64,000 bases of DNA, from the NCBI GenBank assembly GCA_017631035.1, contig JAGBUB010000031.1, positions 39,360 to 103,359 on the forward strand, read 5' to 3'. The stretch is from Alistipes sp. (lineage in GTDB: Bacteria > Bacteroidota > Bacteroidia > Bacteroidales > Rikenellaceae). Below, piece by piece: positions 29,701 to 37,397 of the stretch (the first letter of the stretch is position 1; the number at the start of each line of letters is the position of its first letter). The position numbers and the translations under genes are program-made. Under the pieces are notes generated by a model. The model was given only the letters and a program-made list of their open reading frames with translations, was not told the origin of the DNA and ran no database searches.

Positions 29701-30084
29701 CTCGTTCTGAGTGAAACGACGTGCCGTATCCTTCATAATGGCAAATGCCTCGGGCAGGATAGCATCCAACTGCTCCTCGATCTTCTCGTCGATGCGCTTT
29801 GTAGTGCTCTCAATATCTTTCGAAATCTTCTCTTTCTCGGCAAGAGAGATCTCTGCGTGCTCCAAGCGCTCTTTCTGCTCGACGATGTGTGCCTCGTCAG
29901 CTGCAATGGCATCGGCAATGCGCTTCATAAGCGCCGCACTGCGCTCACGCAATTCGTCATTCGTAAGACGCTCTATCGAGGGGTATATCTCCTTGATTTT
30001 GCGAACATAAGGCTCAATCTCTTTGCGGTCCTTGTCGCTCTTCGAGCCGAAGAAGAATTTAATTACGTTACTTAGAATATCCAT
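26797..30084 (-). CDS. secA: Preprotein translocase subunit SecA
   Basis: [30 protein letters not shown] and [10 protein letters not shown]; C-terminal [13 protein letters not shown]. Confidence 0.99.
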   Translation of the reverse strand: MDILSNVIKFFFGSKSDKDRKEIEPYVRKIKEIYPSIERLTNDELRERSAALMKRIADAIAADEAHIVEQKERLEHAEISLAEKEKISKDIESTTKRIDEKIEEQLDAILPEAFAIMKDTARRFTQNETVVVTATDFDRNLAAHKDFVTIEDDKAIYATHWTAGGNDLKWEMIHYDVQLFGGVVLHKGKIAEMATGEGKTLVATLPVFLNALARKGVHVVTVNDYLARRDSEWMGPMYEFHGLSVDCIDKHQPNSEARRKAYLADITFGTNNEYGFDYLRDNMASSPKDLVQRKHHYAIVDEVDSVLIDDARTPLIISGPVPKGDDQMFENYRPAIEHLYNIQKNMVTGLVAESRRLFAEGKVDEGGVLLYRAHKGLPKYKPIIKFLSEPGIKVQFQKIENIFMQDNNRRMPEITDELYFVIDEKLHSVELTDKGHEVLSKYFNEDKFFVLPDIGTEIAELEKEELTIEEKAQRKDQVINDYSIKSERVHTVNQLLKAYSMFEKDVEYVVMDNKVKIVDEQTGRILDGRRYSDGLHQAIEAKERVKVEAATQTFATITLQNYFRMYHKLAGMTGTAETEASEFWNIYKLDVVVIPTNRPILRDDREDLIYKTKREKYNAVIEEIVRLVNENRPVLVGTTSVEISELLSRMLKLRGIKHNVLNAKQHQLEAQIVAEAGRVGQVTIATNMAGRGTDIKLSPEAKAAGGLAIIGTERHESRRVDRQLRGRSGRQGDPGSSQFFVSLEDDLMRLFGSERIASMMDKMGLQEGEVIQASMMTKAIERAQKKVEENNFGIRKRLLEYDDVMNSQREVIYTRRRHALYGEQIEIDLNNIMCDFAESFMESHEGMDYESFSFELIREVALQPSFTEEQYNSAKPREIVGWIVEDLHKLFARRQKAVADTVRNTMETIYKENELMMDRVMHFPITDGHLGFHVPVSLERCKASDGMDIYKVFAKIVLFTTIDDAWREHLREMDELRHSVQNAQYEQKDPLLIYKLESYNLFSKMLQKVNRDALSTLDKAYIPVRENNPEAMQQQRQQKAKVDVNKLQASRMAAAAAAGQAEKSKPAPIKVEKKVGRNDPCPCGSGKKYKHCHGK

Positions 30085-30123
30085 TTTATCTTGTATTATT
30101 TTCTTTTTCTGTGATTTATCCTA

Positions 30124-30154
30124 CAAAGATAATGATTTATACGCAAATAGCAAA
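30124..30154 (-). promoter_or_regulatory. secA promoter
   Basis: TTTG (30154-30151), 19-nt spacer, TATCTTTG (30131-30124). Confidence 0.75.
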
Positions 30155-30206
30155 ATTTTGCCACTTGCCGAGCCTTTATTTTGATATTTTTGTCTGATGA
30201 GATATT

Positions 30207-31175
30207 TTACTCCTCCTCTTCCTCCTCTTGTCGAGGTGCAACCTTGTCCAAAATACGCTTACCTACGGGGCACTCGTCGCAACGCTGGTGGCGACAATAC
30301 TCAAAGGCAAGCTGCAGCAGAGCCTGCGAGTCAAAGGCCGTGCGAGCCAGCGGACCATAGCTGTTCCACTGTGCTATGATAGAGTTCTTCTCTGCCGGCA
30401 GGCTCTCCAGCAGGGCGAGGGCACGAGCATAAAGACGGTCGTTACCCGTATAAGACGAGTAGGCGAACTGCATCTGTACCACAAGGTTGATGGCCAAAAG
30501 GTCGGTTTTCGTGCGGCCCGTGCGCTTGGCTATGGATTGAGTAGTGGATGCGGGTGTGTAGTGAGTTTGCCAATAGGGCAGAGTCTCGCAGCTGAACAGA
30601 CGATAAACATCGTCGCTCGTCGAACAAGCGAGCATACGGTCCATCATATCGCGAGTGTAGGCAATGAAGGAGGCCACCTGCGAAAGACGCAGAATGGGGT
30701 GGTTGTTGGGGTAGATGCGCTTTAACTTCCACTGCTCGGGAAGCATAGCAGTGATGGAGTATTTGGTGGCCAGATAAGCAAAGTTGCGCTTTAGGTTGAG
30801 TATGTACTCATCGTGTGGATAAAGAGCCAGTAGGCCCGAGGCACCGATGAGCAGTGCCTCCACATTGGCTGGCACTTGTCGCTCACGCAACAGAACGGCA
30901 TAGGGCACACATTGTGCCAATGTGGTGAATGCCTCAGCATTGTCCACTCCACCCATCGTGCGCATAAGCATCAGGTAGAATGTCTGCTGCCAATTCTGGT
31001 CACACTCCTCGAAAAAGTCGTTTATGTTGCTGTTCTTACGCCTAAGGCGCTCGAAACCAAGCGTGTTGTATATCTCAAGACGGCGCAATGGGTCGAGTTT
31101 CGACAAATAACCTCCGCAGCCGAAGTATGATGCCCCGGCCTTCAGTCGGTTTAGATGTCGTTTGCGCGCCTCCAT
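30207..31175 (-). CDS. DUF2851 family protein (short form)
   Basis: ERL..K, EALL.G.SGLL, W...R.YP.NHP..RL.Q, YW.THY, AFDSQALLQL and YC...RC.EC.VG. Confidence 0.75.
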   Translation of the reverse strand: MEARKRHLNRLKAGASYFGCGGYLSKLDPLRRLEIYNTLGFERLRRKNSNINDFFEECDQNWQQTFYLMLMRTMGGVDNAEAFTTLAQCVPYAVLLRERQVPANVEALLIGASGLLALYPHDEYILNLKRNFAYLATKYSITAMLPEQWKLKRIYPNNHPILRLSQVASFIAYTRDMMDRMLACSTSDDVYRLFSCETLPYWQTHYTPASTTQSIAKRTGRTKTDLLAINLVVQMQFAYSSYTGNDRLYARALALLESLPAEKNSIIAQWNSYGPLARTAFDSQALLQLAFEYCRHQRCDECPVGKRILDKVAPRQEEEEEE

Positions 31176-31181
31176 TGTGAT

Positions 31182-31502
31182 TTACAGCATATTCAACTCC
31201 AACAGAGCCTCCTCGCTCATCATACTGCGGTCCCAGGGCGGCTCGAATGTGAGCATTATATTTACCGACTCCACGCCGGCAATCTTCTTCACCTGCGTGT
31301 TGATATCCTCTACCAAGATGTCGGCCATCGGGCAGTTGGGGGCGGTCAGAGTCATACGTATGTTGGCCACTCCCTCGGGGTCGAAGTCAATCTCGTAGAT
31401 AAGTCCCAAGTCGTAGATGTTTACGGGAATCTCGGGGTCGTATATGTTTTTCAGTGTAAGAACAATCTCGTGTTCTACTTTCAAAATCTCTTCGGGTGTC
31501 AT
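31182..31502 (-). CDS. Fe-S cluster assembly protein, DUF59/SufT family
   Basis: YDPEIPVNIYDLGLIY, MTLTAPNCP, FEPPW. Confidence 0.92.
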   Translation of the reverse strand: MTPEEILKVEHEIVLTLKNIYDPEIPVNIYDLGLIYEIDFDPEGVANIRMTLTAPNCPMADILVEDINTQVKKIAGVESVNIMLTFEPPWDRSMMSEEALLELNML

Positions 31503-31513
31503 CTTGTGGCGTG

Positions 31514-31927
31514 TTATGATTTTGAGAAAGCCAGAGCATACATCTTCATCTGCTTGATCATAGCCAGCAGACCGTTGCTACGCGTGGGTGAGAGGTTATC
31601 GCCTAAGCCTATGGCATCGATAAAGTAGAGCTCCATATCGAGTATCTCCTGCGGTGTGCGACCATTCATCACGCGGATGAGTAGTGCTATGATACCCTTG
31701 GTGATGATGGCGTCGCTATCGGCGGCAAAGTATACCTTGCCTTCATCTAGCTTGGCATCAACCCACACTCGCGACTGGCATCCCTTGATGACATACTCGT
31801 CGGTGCGATGCTCCGCGGCAATCGCGGGAAGAGTGTCGCTCAACTCAATCAAGTAGTCGTACTTGTCGAGCCACTCATCGAAGACGGAGAACTCTCCGAT
31901 AATCTCCTCTTGAATCTGATCTTTCAT
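31514..31927 (-). CDS. sufE: Cysteine desulfuration protein SufE
   Basis: IKGCQSRVW, ADSDA.ITKG and LSPTRSNGL; start MKDQIQ. Confidence 0.93.
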   Translation of the reverse strand: MKDQIQEEIIGEFSVFDEWLDKYDYLIELSDTLPAIAAEHRTDEYVIKGCQSRVWVDAKLDEGKVYFAADSDAIITKGIIALLIRVMNGRTPQEILDMELYFIDAIGLGDNLSPTRSNGLLAMIKQMKMYALAFSKS

Positions 31928-31931
31928 ATCT

Positions 31932-33569
31932 CTATTCGTATATAATCGTTGTTTTGTTACCCTCGGCAGCCGAAGGTGCAGCAATGCCCAAAATGTATGC
32001 CTCGGTTGCTGCCAGCGAGGTCATATCGAACGCCTCATCGCGTACTACGGCCTTGGTGTTGCCTCCGTAGATAATCAGGGGTACGTGCGAGTCGTAGCGG
32101 TACATCGAGCCCGATGACGAGCGCACACCTTCACTCTCGTCGATCCATCCCGGCATAAGGTTTATCACCACGTCGCCCGAGCGGCGTGCATAGTAGCCGT
32201 TCTGAATCTTGCGACCATATCCGCCACCAAAGTAAGAGCTACGCAATGCTTGGGCCGTGATGGCCTGCGACACGCCACGCAACTGCATAACGAACGTAGC
32301 AACGTCGTTTTGAATGTCTGAGAGCGAAAGACCTTTGTCGATGATGAGGTTGTGGTTCAGATACATCGAGTGGTCGATGCATCCCAGCACCCACTCGCCG
32401 TTGCCGTGCATCGAGCCAATGAAAGCGTTGGTGATAACCTCGGCCTGTCGTACGTTGAAGCGCTCGCTTTTACGTTTGGGATCGTTGTACGAGGGGCTTG
32501 TGCCGTGGTCTGATGTGAGTATTACCATCAGCTGGCGTGACTCCTTGACCTGCGTAGCAAGGAAGGTGAAAAACTCCTCCAAGTCGCGGTCCAGACGATA
32601 TATCATATCCTCATACTCCACCGATTCGGGACCGAAACGGCTGCTTATCATACGAGGTGCATCAAGCACGATGTTAATCATATCGGGCACATCGTCTTTG
32701 CCCATCTCATTCTTTGATATGAGTTCGCGGGCAAATGCCAGCGTGGCGCTGTTGCCTGCGGGGGTGTAGCACATCTGGTAGTGGATGTTGTCCATCATCT
32801 CCTTCGGCAATTCATTATCCAGAACGTGTACAATCTGCTTGTTGGTCTTGCTCTGCAGGCCCTCGATTACCGACACCTGCGAGTTGCGATAACTATCGTA
32901 GGGAAGTAACGCCGTCCAGCGTTTTATCGAGTAGTCCTGGTTCTTGTCCTTTTCGTTGTACTGCGCAACCCACTCGGGGAGTGTCTCGGTGTAGTACGAC
33001 GATGTGGTCCAGTCGGTCTGTACGCTCTCCATCCAATATACCTCGCCCGAGTGACCGGCCATAACAATTGCCGAGAGCGGATCTACGGCTATGGTGGCTA
33101 TGCGACTGTTGGCGCTCTGACGAGCCAACGCATCGGAGAGTGTCTCGGCGATTAGGTTGCGAGGCGAGTAGTTGCCCGTGCCACTACTATAGTTTACGCT
33201 ATGCTCCTGCTCATCGTCAATGAGCGTGATGAGAGAGTTGTCCACATAATCGAACCAACGCTCACCCACTACACCGTGAATCGAAGGCATAGCACCCGTA
33301 GTCAGGGTAGCCAGCGATACGGGAGTAGATGTTTGCATATAGTCGTAGGTGGCATTCGTAAAGCGCTGACCACCATACAGCAAGCGTCGAAAACCTGTGC
33401 TGGTGAAGTTGTCCTCATATTGCTCGACGTCGTTGGCACCCATCGAACTCACCACGATGTTTACAACGAGTCGGGGTGGGTTTTGTGCAACGACGGTGTG
33501 GGTACTGCCAGCAACCAGTATCGTAGCGGCTAATATATGGCGTAAAAATTTTCTCATCATAAAATCCAT
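31932..33569 (-). CDS. Alkaline phosphatase superfamily (PafA-like) exported protein with degenerate active site
   Basis: P.LVV.IVV, TG..PS.HG.VG..W, FGP.S.E.ED...RLD..L, LTSDHG and YD.HVPLI.YG. The start could also be 33560 or 33557. Confidence 0.82.
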   Translation of the reverse strand: MDFMMRKFLRHILAATILVAGSTHTVVAQNPPRLVVNIVVSSMGANDVEQYEDNFTSTGFRRLLYGGQRFTNATYDYMQTSTPVSLATLTTGAMPSIHGVVGERWFDYVDNSLITLIDDEQEHSVNYSSGTGNYSPRNLIAETLSDALARQSANSRIATIAVDPLSAIVMAGHSGEVYWMESVQTDWTTSSYYTETLPEWVAQYNEKDKNQDYSIKRWTALLPYDSYRNSQVSVIEGLQSKTNKQIVHVLDNELPKEMMDNIHYQMCYTPAGNSATLAFARELISKNEMGKDDVPDMINIVLDAPRMISSRFGPESVEYEDMIYRLDRDLEEFFTFLATQVKESRQLMVILTSDHGTSPSYNDPKRKSERFNVRQAEVITNAFIGSMHGNGEWVLGCIDHSMYLNHNLIIDKGLSLSDIQNDVATFVMQLRGVSQAITAQALRSSYFGGGYGRKIQNGYYARRSGDVVINLMPGWIDESEGVRSSSGSMYRYDSHVPLIIYGGNTKAVVRDEAFDMTSLAATEAYILGIAAPSAAEGNKTTIIYE

Positions 33570-33595
33570 TTAGGGCTGTAAAAATAGTAATTATA

Positions 33596-34585
33596 TTATA
33601 AATAAGTGTTAAAAAACTCTTTTTCCTCGGTCATCTTTATCGGTCTATATTGTTGCTCTATCAGCTCACATTTCTCTATCATTGTGCGACAGAAGGCCTT
33701 GTGTTCATTGCTTTGAGCATCGAATGGGCGGTGGTGTGTTGCCTTCACGATGCGCTCAATCTGCTGGTTCGCCTTCAGCGTTTGAGGCGAGAATGCAGAT
33801 TCGGCAAAGCGTTGCCAGATGTAATCAACCGCCACGACAGAGGGGTGTGTCATATCCTCCGCGTAGAAGCGATAGTCACGCAACTCATCCATCATAATCT
33901 CGTATGCCGGAAAGTATATGGCGTTGTGGCAAGAGCGCTTTATTGTCTCAATGGCAAGGCGCAAAATGGCTTTGCTCAGTGAGTTATCCTCTAATCCATC
34001 GGAGAGATGGCGTACAGGACTTATGGTAAATTTCACCTGCTTGTCGGATAGTGGGCCCTGCAATAGTGATATATATTGTGTTGCAATCTCGTTGGCGCTG
34101 AGCATCTCTCTAAGAAAGAGTGATTGCGGTTGCTTGTGGCAGTTGGCTACCACCTCGCCACTGCATTTGTGGCGATAGACGAATGCAGTGCCGAAAGTTA
34201 TAATCACCACTTTGGCATTGCTCAGAGCCCGGGCTCCTCGTTCTACGCCCTGTTGCATTAGAGCAAGAGCCTTGTCGGCCTGACTGCACGAAAAGTCGGA
34301 GTGGAAGTCAAACGAGAACCATCTGCTACCACTGTGGCTCAACTCCTCGGCTGAGGGTATAGCCCCCTTGTCGCCTCGGCTCAGGGCGTCGAAACGGTTG
34401 AGTGCTGCGGCTATCGACTCGGGATTGAAGAGTATTCCTGTGGGCGATGCCACTATCTGAAACTTAGCCTCAGCAAGTCGCTCGGCTATGTTGTTAGCAA
34501 AGCACGAACCAAGCGAGAGAATCGGTTGTGTGTGGTCGATCCTCTGCTCAAAGGGTTTTATATCTATGGTCGTGCGAAATTGCAT
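33596..34585 (-). CDS. GSCFA domain protein (SGNH-like)
   Basis: LGSCFA, VANCHK, SPVRH, YFPAYEI..DELRDYRFY..D..HP. Confidence 0.92.
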   Translation of the reverse strand: MQFRTTIDIKPFEQRIDHTQPILSLGSCFANNIAERLAEAKFQIVASPTGILFNPESIAAALNRFDALSRGDKGAIPSAEELSHSGSRWFSFDFHSDFSCSQADKALALMQQGVERGARALSNAKVVIITFGTAFVYRHKCSGEVVANCHKQPQSLFLREMLSANEIATQYISLLQGPLSDKQVKFTISPVRHLSDGLEDNSLSKAILRLAIETIKRSCHNAIYFPAYEIMMDELRDYRFYAEDMTHPSVVAVDYIWQRFAESAFSPQTLKANQQIERIVKATHHRPFDAQSNEHKAFCRTMIEKCELIEQQYRPIKMTEEKEFFNTYL

Positions 34586-34591
34586 AATATT

Positions 34592-36472
34592 CTATATCTC
34601 ACTTAGTTCCAGCCAGCGCATCTCCTTCTCGGCTATTAGGTCGATTATCTGTCCTATGCGCGCAGCTGCTGCTGTAAGCTCCTCGTGGGCAAGGGTGCCC
34701 GACGAGAGTTGTGCCTCCAAATCGGCCTTCTCCTGCTCCAGTTGTGGGAGCATAGTCTCCAACTCCTCCAACTCACGCTGCTCCTTGTAGGATAGTTTTC
34801 TGCGTGCGGGGGCTGAGGAGGTCTGCTGGGGTTTGTTCTTCTGTGCCTTCTCGGCAGCGGCCTTGGCCTGACGTGCCTCTTCTGCCTCCTGCTCTTTTAT
34901 GTACTCGCGGTATTCGCTATACTGTCCTACGAAGTCCTTCACTGCACCTCCCTCGCGGAAGATGAAGAGATGGTCAACGGTCTTGTCGAGGAAGTAACGG
35001 TCGTGCGAAACGATGAGTAGCGAGCCCTTGAAAGCCATAAGGTACTCCTCCAACACGTTCAGTGTCAGGATGTCGAGGTCGTTGGTCGGCTCGTCGAGAA
35101 TCAGTAGGTTGGGGTTGCGCATCAACACCGTGAGCAGGTATAAGCGTCGCTGCTCGCCACCGCTCAGAATCTCCACTCGTTTGTTGTGAGTCTCGGGCGG
35201 AAAGAGAAAACGGTTGAGCATAGTTGTTGCCGCAACACTATGGCCGTCGGCAGTCTCCACTGTCTCGGCTATGTCGTGAACGATGTCGAATACGGTCTGC
35301 CCGGGCTTGAACGAAATACCACTCTGGCGATAGTAGCCAATGCGTAGTGTCTCGCCTCGCTCAATTTTTCCAGAGTCGGCTTGCAAATCACCCGTCATAA
35401 GGTTAAGGAACGTACTCTTGCCGGCGCCGTTCTTACCCACGATACCCACCTTCTCGCCACGGGTGAACTTATATGAAAACTCGTCGAGCATCGTGCGCTC
35501 GCCAAAGCGGAGCGTAAGATTCTCGCAGTCGATAATCTTGCCTCCAAGACGCGATGTAGCCACGTCGATGGTCATATCCTTGCGTGCAAGCGAAACTGAA
35601 GCCTTGTCCTTGAGGTCGTAGAAGGCATTTATGCGGTAGCGTGCCTTACCCGTGCGTGCCTGTGGTGTGGCGCGTATCCACTCCAGCTCACGACGCAGAA
35701 GGTTACGGGCCTTGTCGATGTTGGCCTGCATATTTGTATATCGCTCCTCGCGCTTCTCCAAGAAATCGGCATAATTGCCACGATAGGCAAAGAGCTCGCC
35801 ACGGTCCAGCTCATAGATGGTATTGCAGACTCTATCCAAGAAGTAGCGGTCGTGCGTAACCATTAGCAGTGTGCAGCGAGCCTTCTGCAAATAGTTCTCG
35901 AGATACTCAATAACGTCGATGTCGAGGTGGTTCGTGGGCTCGTCCATAATCAGGAAATCGGCCTCCTGCAACAGCATAAGCGCTATGGCTGCTCGCTTGG
36001 CCTCGCCTCCCGATAGCTGTCCCATAGGCTGGTCAAGGCGTGTGAGTTTCATCTCCGAGAGCACCTGCTTGATGCGTTGCTCGGCACTCCAGCCATCGGC
36101 AGCATCCATTGCTGCTATCGCCTGCTCAATCTTGCGCTCATCGCCCGAGGCTATGGCCTGCTCGTAGCGACGAATGACGTTGTAGGTCTCGCCCAGACGC
36201 GAATACACCTCATCGAAGAGAGTGTTTTGGGGGTTAAAGTCGATGTTCTGATCAAGGAAGGCGACCTTTATGTCGCGCATAAACTTAATCTCGCCTCCGC
36301 GATCCGATGAATCAAGTCCTGCCAATATCTTCAACAGAGAACTCTTGCCCGTACCATTGGGGGCTATGAGTGCAATCTTGTCGCCCTCGTTGATGTTGAA
36401 CGAGATGTTGCTAAAGAGTGTCTTGTCGCCATACGACTTACTTATATTCTCTACCTGAAGAAAACTTGCCAT
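34592..36472 (-). CDS. ABC-F family ATPase (Uup-like)
   Basis: Two ABC domains (NGTGKS/LSGGE/DEPTNH and NGAGKS/LSGGE/DEPTND), no TM segment, C-terminal KLSYKEQRE coiled coil. Confidence 0.93.
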   Translation of the reverse strand: MASFLQVENISKSYGDKTLFSNISFNINEGDKIALIAPNGTGKSSLLKILAGLDSSDRGGEIKFMRDIKVAFLDQNIDFNPQNTLFDEVYSRLGETYNVIRRYEQAIASGDERKIEQAIAAMDAADGWSAEQRIKQVLSEMKLTRLDQPMGQLSGGEAKRAAIALMLLQEADFLIMDEPTNHLDIDVIEYLENYLQKARCTLLMVTHDRYFLDRVCNTIYELDRGELFAYRGNYADFLEKREERYTNMQANIDKARNLLRRELEWIRATPQARTGKARYRINAFYDLKDKASVSLARKDMTIDVATSRLGGKIIDCENLTLRFGERTMLDEFSYKFTRGEKVGIVGKNGAGKSTFLNLMTGDLQADSGKIERGETLRIGYYRQSGISFKPGQTVFDIVHDIAETVETADGHSVAATTMLNRFLFPPETHNKRVEILSGGEQRRLYLLTVLMRNPNLLILDEPTNDLDILTLNVLEEYLMAFKGSLLIVSHDRYFLDKTVDHLFIFREGGAVKDFVGQYSEYREYIKEQEAEEARQAKAAAEKAQKNKPQQTSSAPARRKLSYKEQRELEELETMLPQLEQEKADLEAQLSSGTLAHEELTAAAARIGQIIDLIAEKEMRWLELSEI

Positions 36473-36495
36473 CGTTTTTTATTATATATAGGTGT

Positions 36496-37386
36496 CTATT
36501 TTACAGCCTCTACCTTGAAGGGGTGTTTCACAGCTCGCTTGGCTGCCTTCTGGCAGTAGGGAGCTGTGTGGTCGGTAACCTTTATCTCGCCCAAATCAAG
36601 GCGCACACCGTTGCCCATCATCGAACGCTTGGTGTAGGGCTTTACGATTGACTCATACCAAGTGCACGCCAATGCGTAGCGGCCCGCTCCGAAATCCATA
36701 TGATAGCCATCGCGAGTTAAATCCTTGGGTGAATTGTTTATTGCAGACTGACGCAACGACTGAATGGTTGTGCCCGAGGGGATAATCTTGTCAATTGCCT
36801 TGTAATCCTTCTTTAGACGATGAACGCAGGCTGTGATAGCATCATACATCTTGAGCTGGTCGCGGTCGTAGTTGGGGAACTCGCCGTGGTTACTGTCGGT
36901 TGAGTACGACCACGTCATATGCCACACCAACTCGGCCTGGGGCTGAGCCTTGCTCACGATATTGATCAGTTGCTCGAGGTAGGGGACATAGCTATCGTAA
37001 ATTCCCGACACCCCCGAAGCCTGTTGCAGAGTGATAATATCCCACTCGCCCATAGCCAGAGCATACTGCATCGATACCTTCTCCTCGGCCTTTACCCATC
37101 TGTTCTCGCCAGCCTCAGAGTGGTAGAATATGTAGGCAGCCTCCTCGTTATTGTAGAAGTTATAGTGACGCTCGAGCGTGCAACCACCCACATAGAGGCG
37201 AGCCAGCTCGACATTCTCAACGCCAAGGTCAGCGAGTATTGCGGGCAGGTGCTCCATTCCATCATCGGAGAAGGAGTTGCCGATGGCCAATATACGAAGT
37301 GTCTCGCCATACTTGCGTGCCGCGGCAGGCGTAGCCGTAAGTGTCAGCATCAGCAGGCTGACAATGATTAGAGATAATCGTTTCAT
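36496..37386 (-). CDS. Secreted SGNH-type hydrolase (DUF4886-like)
   Basis: Signal peptide; ILAIGNSFS, WDIITLQQAS, HMTWSY and TRDGYH. Confidence 0.8.
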   Translation of the reverse strand: MKRLSLIIVSLLMLTLTATPAAARKYGETLRILAIGNSFSDDGMEHLPAILADLGVENVELARLYVGGCTLERHYNFYNNEEAAYIFYHSEAGENRWVKAEEKVSMQYALAMGEWDIITLQQASGVSGIYDSYVPYLEQLINIVSKAQPQAELVWHMTWSYSTDSNHGEFPNYDRDQLKMYDAITACVHRLKKDYKAIDKIIPSGTTIQSLRQSAINNSPKDLTRDGYHMDFGAGRYALACTWYESIVKPYTKRSMMGNGVRLDLGEIKVTDHTAPYCQKAAKRAVKHPFKVEAVK

Positions 37387-37397
37387 AGTGGTTGTTT

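Noticed and set aside
29197-30075. Long antisense ORFs (292 aa opposite secA; similarly 46083-46892, 57863-58492, 9705-10331 and others)
   Set aside because: They are shadows of codon-biased sense genes, with no motifs and no independent start signals.
30149-30163. TGGCAAAATTTTGC upstream of secA as a sigma54 promoter
   Set aside because: Spacing is 9 nt, and a canonical housekeeping promoter is present.
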